From NCBI RefSeq assembly GCF_009914755.1, contig NC_060939.1: DNA of 64,000 nt; one strand, 5' to 3'. The DNA comes from the human T2T-CHM13v2.0 reference genome, Homo sapiens. Below the pieces are notes generated by a model. It saw only the letters and a list, made by a program, of their open reading frames with translations, made no database searches and was not told the DNA's origin. Shown piece by piece: positions 55,367 to 64,000 of the stretch. Each line of letters starts with the position of its first letter. Position 1 is the stretch's first letter. A program made the translations under genes and the position numbers.

Positions 55367-58300
55367 GGTACCATTCAATATTGTTCCATTCGATTCCATT
55401 CGAATCCATTCCATTCCAGTCCATTCCATTCGATTCCATTCCATTCCTTTCAATTCCATTCCATTCCATTCGATTCCACTTGATTCCACTCCATTCCCTT
55501 CCACTGCATTCCATTCGATTCCATTCCATTGCATTGCATTCCATTCCATTGGATTGCATTCCATTCGATTCCATTCCATTCGAATCAATTACATAGCAAT
55601 CCATTACATTCGAGTCTGTTCTATTCCGTTGCACTCGATTTCGTTCCAATCCATTCGATTCCATTCCATTCGATTCCATTCCATACTATTGCATTCCATT
55701 CGATTAAATTATATTCGAATAAATTCCATTCAAGACCATTTCTGTTGAGTCCATTCTACTTGAGACCATTCCCTTTGATTCCATAACATTTGAGTCCATT
55801 CAATTCCATTCCTTTCGTTTCCATTCCATTTGATGCCATTCCATTCAATTCTGTTCTACTCGACTCCAATACATTCAATTCCATTCCATCCGATTCCATT
55901 ACATTCTTTTCATTTCTTATCCATTTCAAGCCATTCCATTCCATTCCATTCCACTCGTTTCCTTTCCATTCGAGTCCATTCCTCTCCAGTCCATTCCATT
56001 CGAATCCATTTCACTCCAGTCCATTCCATTCGAATCCGTTTCACTCCAGTCCATTAAATGCGAGTACATTCCATTCCATTCTATTCAATGCCATTCCATT
56101 CGATTCTATTCCATTCGACACCATTCCTTTCCATTCCGTTCCATCCGATTCCATTCCATTGTATTCCATTCAATTCCATTCCATTCGTTTCCATTCCATT
56201 CGAATTCATTCCACTCAAGTCCATTCCATTCGAGTCCATTCCATTCGATATCATTCCATACTATTGCATTCCATTCGATTCCATTGTTTTCGAATAAATT
56301 CCAACCGAGACCATTCCTTTTGTGTCCTTTCTATTTGACTGCATTCCATTTGAGTCCATTAAATTTCTGCACATTCCATTCCTTTCCATTCCTTTCCATT
56401 CCATTCCTTTCGGTGCCATTCCATTCCACTCTACTCCATTCAAGTCCATTCCATTTGAGTCCATTCCATTGATTCGATGCCATTACATTCAATTCTATTT
56501 CATTCGAATCCATTCCATTCCATTTCCTTCCAAACGATTCCATTCCATTCTATTACTTTCTATTCCAATCCATTCCATTTCGTTCCATTCGTTTCCATTC
56601 CATTCGAGTCCACTCCATTCCAGTCCATTCCATTCGATTCCATTCCATTCCAGTCCATTCCATTCAAGTCCATTCCACTCCATTCCATTCCATTCGATAT
56701 CTTTTGATAACACCCCATTCCATTCTGCTCCTTACAATTCAATTCAATTCCAGTCCATTTGATTCCATTCCATTTGATTACATTCCATTCGACTCCATTC
56801 CATTCGACTCTATTCCATTCGAGTCCATTCCATTCCATTCCATTCCATTGCATTCCGTTCGAATCCCTATTCCATTCCATTTTGTTACTGTCCATTCCAT
56901 TTGAGTCCATTCCATGCCAAACCATTCCATTCGATTCCATTCCAATAGATTCCATTGCACTCGAATCCAGTGCGTTCCATTCCATTGCTTTCCATTCTAT
57001 TACATTCCATTGCATTACATTCCATTCCATTTGATTGCATTCCATTCAATTCCATTAATTTCGAATCAATTACATTGCAATCCATTGCATTCGAGTTCTA
57101 TTCCAGTCCATTGCATTCCGGCGCATTCCTTTCCATTCCATTCCATTCGATTCCGTTCCATTCGAATCGATTGCATTGCAATGCATTACATTCGAGTCCG
57201 TTTTATTCCAGTCCAATCCATTCCGGTCCATTCCGTTCGATTCCATTCCATTCGATGCCACTCCATACTATTGTATTTCATTTGATTCCATTCTATTCAA
57301 ATAAATTCCGTTCGAGACCATTCCTTTCATGTCCATTCTATTTGAGTCCATTCCATTCGAGTCCATTATATTTGGGTCCATTCCGTTCAATTCCATTGCA
57401 ATCGATTCCATTCGATGTCACTCCATTCATTTCTATTCCATTAGAGTCCATGTCATTCGAGTCCATTCCATTCTATTCTATTCCACTCCATTCCATTCCA
57501 TTCCACTCCATTCCATTCGTTGCCGTTCCATTCAATTCTATTATATTTCACTCCATTTAATTCCATTCCATTCCATTCCATTCTATTCCATTCTGTCCAA
57601 TTCCGTTCCATTCTATTCCTTTAAAGTCCATTCCATTCCATTCCATTCGTTTCCATTCCATTCGAGTAAAGTCCACTCCAGTCCTTTCCATTCGAGTCCA
57701 TTCCTCTCCAGTCCATTCCGTTCAATCCATTCCATTCCAGTCCATTCCATTCGAGTCCGTTCCATTCCAGTCCATTCCATTCGAGTCAATTCCATTCCAT
57801 TCAATATCTTTCCATAACGATCCATTCCATTCTATTCCTTTCGATTCCATTCAATTCCATTCCATTCTATTTCATTCCATTCGATTCCCTTCCATTGGAC
57901 TCCTTTCCATTCGAGTGCATTCCATTCCGTTCCATTTCTTTCTGTTCTGTATGATTCCTACCGTTCGATTTCATTTTGTTCCAGTCTATTCCTTTCACGT
58001 CCATTCCATTCCATTTCACTCCATTCGATTCCATTCCACTCGATTCCCCTCCGTTCCATTTCATTGCATTCCGTTCTATTCAATTCTATTGCATTCCATT
58101 CCATTCCATTTGATTACATTCCATGCGATTCCATTCGAATTCGAATCAATTACATTGAAATCCATTACTATTGAGTCCGTTTTACTCCAGTCCACTCCAT
58201 TCTGCTCCATTCCATTTGATTCCATTCCATTCTATTCCATTCCGTACAGTTGCATTCCATTGGATTCCATTCTATATCTATAAATGCAACTCGAGACCAT

Positions 58301-61300
58301 TGCTTTTGAGTCCATTTTATATGATTCCATTCCATTCAAGTCCATTACATTTGGTTCAATTCCATTCCATTCCATTCCCTTCCATTCCATTCCATTTGAT
58401 ATCAATCCATTCGATTCCATTCCATTCGAGCACATTCCAATCGAGTCCATTCCATTCGATGCCATTCCATTTGATTCTATTCCATTAGACTCCATTCAAT
58501 TCCATTAATCTCCATTCCATTCCATTCTACTCCAACTGATTCCATTCCATTCCATTTCATTCCATTCCATTCCATTCCATTCCATTCCATTCCATTCTTG
58601 TCCATTCCACTCCAGTCCATTCCATTCGTGTCCATTCCATTCCAGTCCATTCCATTTGTGTCCACTGCATTCCATTCCACTCCATTCCATATTATTCCAT
58701 TACACTCCATTCCATTCTATTACTTTCATTTCCATTCAGTTCCATTCCATTTGATTCCATTCCACTCGGTTTCACTCCATTTGAGTCCATTCCATTCCAT
58801 TCCATTCCATTCTGTTCCATTCCATTCCATTCCATTCCATTCCATTCGGTACCATTCCATATTGTTCCATTCGATTCCATTCGAATCCATTCCATTCCAG
58901 TCCATTCCATTCGATTCCATTCCATTCCTTTCAATTCCATTCCATTCCATTCGATTCCACTTGATTCCACTCCATTCCCTTCCACTGCATTCCATTCGAT
59001 TCCATTCCATTGCATTGCATTCCATTCCATTGGATTGCATTCCATTCGATTCCATTCCATTCGAATCAATTACATAGCAATCCATTACATTCGAGTCTGT
59101 TCTATTCCGTTGCACTCGATTTCGTTCCAATCCATTCGATTCCATTCCATTCGATTCCATTCCATACTATTGCATTCCATTCGATTAAGTTATATTCGAA
59201 TAAATTCCATTCAAGACCATGTCTGTTGAGTCCATTCTACTTGAGTCCATTCCCTTTGATTCCATAACATTTGAGTCCATTCAATTCCATTCCTTTCGTT
59301 TCCATTCCATTTGATGCCATTCCATTCAATTCTGTTCTACTCGACTCCAATACATTCAATTCCATTCCATCCGATTCCATTACATTCTTTTCATTTCTTA
59401 TCCATTTCAAGCCATTCCATTCCATTCCATTCCACTCGTTTCCTTTCCATTCGAGTCCATTCCACTCCAGTCCATTCCATTCGAATCCATTTCACTCCAG
59501 TCCATTCCATTCGAATCCGTTTCACTCCAGTCCATTAAATTCGAGTACATTCCATTCCATTCTATTCAATGCCATTCCATTCGATTCTATTCCATTCGAC
59601 ACCATTCCTTTCCATTCCGTTCCATCCGATTCCATTCCATTGTATTCCATTCAATTCCATTCCATTGCATTCCATTCGTTTCCATTCCATTCGAATTCAT
59701 TCCACTCAAGTCCATTCCATTCGAGTCCATTCCATTCGATATCATTCCATACTATTGCATTCCATTCGATTCCATTGTTTTCGAATAAATTCCAACCGAG
59801 ACCATTCCTTTTGTGTCCTTTCTATTTGACTGCATTCCATTTGAGTCCATTAAATTTCTGCACATTCCATTCCTTTCCATTCCATTCCATTCCATTCCTT
59901 TCGGTGCCATTCCATTCCACTCTACTCCATTCAAGTCCATTCCATTTGAGTCCATTCCATTGATTCGATGCCATTACATTCAATTCTATTCCATTCGAAT
60001 CCATTCCATTCCATTTCCTTCCAAACGATTCCATTCCATTCTATTACTTTCTATTCCAATCCATTCCATTCCGTTCCATTCGTTTCCAATCCATTCGAGT
60101 CCACTCCATTCCAGTCCATTCCATTCGATTCCATTCCATTCCAGTCCATTCCATTCAAGTCCATTCCACGGCATTCCATTCCATTCGATATATTTTGATA
60201 ACACCCCATTCCATTCTGCTCCTTACAATTCAATTCAATTCCAGTCCAGTTGATTCCATTCCATTTGATTACATTCCATTCGACTCCATTCCATTCGACT
60301 CTATTCCATTCGAGTACATTCCATTCCATTCCATTGCATTCCGTTCGAATCCCTATTCCATTCCATTTTGTTACTGTCCATTCCATTTGAGTCCATTCCA
60401 TGCCAAACCATTCCATTCGATTCCATTCCAATAGATTCCATTGCACTCGAATCCAGTGCGTTCCATTCCATTGCTTTCCATTCTATTACATTCCATTGCA
60501 TTACATTCCATTCCATTTGATTGCATTCCATTCAATTCCATTAATTTCGAATCAATTACATTGCAATCCATTGCATTAGAGTTCTATTCCAGTCCATTGC
60601 ATTCTGGCGCATTCCGTTCCATTCCATTCCATTCGATTCCGTTCCATTCGAATCGATTGCATTGCAATGCTTTACATTCGAGTCCGTTTTATTCCAGTCC
60701 AATCCATTCCGGTCCATTCCGTTCGATTCCATTCTATTCGATGCCACTCCGTACTATTGTATTTCATTCGATTCCATTCTATTCAAATAAATTCCATTCG
60801 AGACCATTCCTTTCATGTCCATTCTATTTGAGTCCATTCCATTCGAGTCCATTATATTTGGGTCCATTCCATTCAATTCCATTGCAATCGATTCCATTCG
60901 ATGTCACTCCATTCATTTCTATTCCATTAGAGTCCATGTCATTCGAGTCCATTCCATTCTATTCTATTCCACTCCATTCCATTCCATTCCACTCCATTCC
61001 ATTCGTTGCCGTTCCATTCAATTCTATTATATTCCACTCCATTTAATTCCATTCCATTCCATTCCATTCTATTCCATTCTATCCAATTCCGTTCCATTCT
61101 ATTCCTTTAAAGTCCATTCCATTCCGTTCCATTCGTTTCCATTCCATTCGAGTAAAGTCCACTCCAGTACTTTCCATTCGAGTCCATTCCTCTCCAGTCC
61201 ATTCCGTTCAATCCATTCCATTCCAGTCCATTCCATTCGAGTCCGTTCCATTCCAGTCCATTCCATTCGAGTCAATTCCATTCCATTCGATATCTTTCCA

Positions 61301-64000
61301 TAACGATCCATTCCATTCTATTCCTTTCGATTCCATTCAATTCCATTCCATTCTATTTCATTCCATTCGATTCCCGTCCATTGGACTCCTTTCCATTCGA
61401 GTGCATTCCATTCCGTTCCATTTCTTTCTGTTCTGTATGATTCCTACCGTTCGATTTCATTTTGTTCCAGTCTATTCCTTTCACGTCCATTCCATTCCAT
61501 TTCACTCCATTCGATTCCATTCCACTCGATTCCCCTCCGTTCCATTTCATTGCATTCCATTCTATTCAATTCTATTGCATTCCATTCCATTCCATTTGAT
61601 TACATTCCATGCGATTCCATTCGAATTCGAATCAATTACATTGAAATCCATTACTATTGAGTCCGTTTTACTCCAGTCCACTCCATTCTGCTCCATTCCA
61701 TTTGATTCCATTCCATTCTATTCCATTCCGTACAGTTGCATTCCATTGGATTCCATTCTATATCTATAAATGCAACTCGAGACCATTGCTTTTGAGTCCA
61801 TTCTATATGATTCCATTCCATTCAAGTCCATTACATTTGGTTCAATTCCATTCCATTCCATTCCCTTCCATTCCATTCCATTTGATATCAATCCATTCGA
61901 TTCCATTCCATTCGAGCACATTCCAATCGAGTCCATTCCATTCGATGCCATTCCATTTGATTCTATTCCTTTAGACTCCATTCAATTCCATTAATCTCCA
62001 TTCCATTCCATTCTACTCCAACTGATTCCATTCCATTCTATTCCTTTCCATTCCATTCCATTCCATTCGCTTCTATTCCATTCGTGTCCATTCCACTCCA
62101 GTCCATTCCATTCGTGTGCATTCCATTCCAGTCCATTCCATTTGTGTCCACTGCATTCCATTCCACTCCATTCCATATTATTCCATTACACTCCATTCCA
62201 TTCTATTACTTTCATTTCCATTCAGTTCCATTCCATTTGATTCCATTCCACTCGGTTTCACTCCATTTGAGTCCATTCCATTCCATTCCATTCCATTCTG
62301 TTCCATTCCATTCCATTCCATTCCATTCCATTCCATTCGGTACCATTCCATATTGTTCCATTCGATTCCATTCGAATCCATTCCATTCCAGTCCATTCCA
62401 TTCGATTCCATTCCATTCCTTTCAATTCCATTCCATTCCATTCGATTCCACTTGATTCCACTCCATTCCCTTCCACTGCATTCCATTCGATTCCATTCCA
62501 TTGCATTGCATTCCATTCCATTGGATTGCATTCCATTCGATTCCATTCCATTCGAATCAATTACATAGCAATCCATTACACTCGAGTCTGTTCTATTCCG
62601 TTGCACTCGATTTCGTTCCAATCCATTCGATTCCATTCCATTCGATTCCATTCCATACTATTGCATTCCATTCGATTAAATTATATTCGAATAAATTCCA
62701 TTCAAGACCATTTCTGTTGAGTCCATTCTACTTGAGTCCATTCCCTTTGATTCCATAACATTTGAGTCCATTCAATTCCATTCCTTTCGTTTCCATTCCA
62801 TTTGATGCCATTCCATTCAATTCTGTTCTACTCGACTCCAATACATTCAATTCCATTCCATCCGATTCCATTACATTCTTTTCATTTCTTATCCATTTCA
62901 AGCCATTCCATTCCATTCCATTCCACTCGTTTCCTTTCCATTCGAGTCCATTCCACTCCAGTCCATTCCATTCGAATCCATTTCACTCCAGTCCATTCCA
63001 TTCGAATCCGTTTCACTCCAGTCCATTAAATTCGAGTACATTCCATTCCATTCTATTCAATGCCATTCCATTCGATTCTATTCCATTCGACACCATTCCT
63101 TTCCATTCCGTTCCATCCGATTCCATTCCATTGCATTCCATTCGTTTCCATTCCATTCGAATTCATTCCACTCAAGTCCATTCCATTCGAGTCCATTCCA
63201 TTCGATATCATTCCATACTATTGCATTCCATTCGATTCCATTGTTTTCGAATAAATTCCAACCGAGACCATTCCTTTTGTGTCCTTTCTATTTGACTGCA
63301 TTCCATTTGAGTCCATTAAATTTCTGCACATTCCATTCCTTTCCATTCCATTCCATTCCATTCCTTTCGGTGCCATTCCATTCCACTCTACTCCATTCAA
63401 GTCCATTCCATTAGAGTCCATTCCATTGATTCGATGCCATTACATTCAATTCTATTCCATTCGAATCCATTCCATTCCATTTCCTTCCAAACGATTCCAT
63501 TCCATTCTATTACTTTCTATTCCAATCCATTCCATTCCGTTCCATTCGTTTCCAATCCATTCGAGTCCACTCCATTTCAGTCCATTCCATTCGATTCCAT
63601 TCCATTCCAGTCCATTCCATTCAAGTCCATTCCACGGCATTCCATTCCATTCGATATATTTTGATAACACCCCATTCCATTCTGCTCCTTACAATTCAAT
63701 TCAATTCCAGTCCAGTTGATTCCATTCCATTTGATTACATTCCATTCGACTCCATTCCATTCGACTCTATTCCATTCGAGTACATTCCATTCCATTCCAT
63801 TGCATTCCGTTCGAATCCCTATTCCATTCCATTTTGTTACTGTCCATTCCATTTGAGTCCATTCCATGCCAAACCATTCCATTCGATTCCATTCCAATAG
63901 ATTCCATTGCACTCGAATCCAGTGCGTTCCATTCCATTGCTTTCCATTCTATTACATTCCATTGCATTACATTCCATTCCATTTGATTGCATTCCATTCA

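Larger units (their letters stand above)
1..64000 (+). repeat. Human satellite 3 (HSat3 / satellite III) array, diverged (CATTC)n / (GAATG)n
   Basis: CATTC pentamers with recurrent variants (GATTC, GAGTC, CAGTC, CACTC, TATTC, AATTC) run continuously from the first base to the last. The C/T-rich strand is always +. The 5 bp register is well kept, as in HSat3, and HSat2-type CATTCGATGATG motifs were not seen. Confidence 0.97.
34500..64000 (+). repeat. Domain B: tandem ~3.46 kb nested repeat units with two internally deleted units
   Basis: GGTACC at ~34716, 38161, 41662, 43431, 46892, 50328, 53833, 55367, 58848, 62339, with spacings 3445, 3501, 1769, 3461, 3436, 3505, 1534, 3481, 3491. B-specific landmarks include CCAACCGAGACC, TTCTGCACA, CCAAACG, GATAACACCCC, GGCGCA and CCTTTAAAG. 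Confidence 0.93.

Noticed and set aside
90-63997. Hundreds of ORFs up to 333 aa (SIPFH-rich on +, MEWNG-rich on -)
   Set aside because: (CATTC)n has no stop codon in any frame, so long ORFs are expected. They overlap in all frames, recur with the repeat period, are freely frameshifted between copies and show no recognisable domain.
1-64000. CRISPR-like repeat-spacer reading of the regularly spaced landmark motifs
   Set aside because: The intervening sequence is the same satellite copied unit to unit, not unique spacers, and there are no cas genes.
34716-64000. Identification of the 3.46 kb unit as Y-chromosome DYZ1
   Set aside because: The period is shorter than the ~3.56 kb DYZ1 unit, I saw no HaeIII (GGCC) site, and it adjoins a 1.8 kb KpnI domain. 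Shared ancestry is possible but needs alignment.
1-64000. Strand inversions, Alu/L1 insertions or alpha-satellite/CENP-B boxes
   Set aside because: I saw no GAATG-oriented block, poly(A) tail, GC-rich insert or 171 bp monomer.

Overview
The whole 64 kb window is one uninterrupted array of primate, most likely human, classical satellite 3 (HSat3): diverged (CATTC)n on the + strand. I saw no inversion, transposon or gene. All listed ORFs are artefacts of the pentamer (IPFHS on +, MEWNG on -). The window spans a boundary between two nested repeat domains. From 1 to ~34.5 kb there are ~19 tandem ~1.8 kb units with one KpnI site each, resembling the classical 1.8 kb KpnI satellite III (D15Z1/HSat3A5; assignment not verified). 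From ~34.5 kb to the end the units are ~3.46 kb. The 1.8 kb unit equals the 3.46 kb unit minus a ~1.7 kb segment bounded by a 23 bp direct repeat. Two more single-copy deletion derivatives (1769 and 1534 bp) sit in the 3.46 kb domain, one with 1.8 kb-type diagnostic variants. The 1.8 kb units locally re-pair into ~3.57 kb dimers, and both unit types are built from an older module spaced about 0.6-1.0 kb apart. I found no new protein-coding or RNA system; the interest is in how satellite repeat units arise. Coordinates and spacings were counted by eye and need confirmation by alignment.
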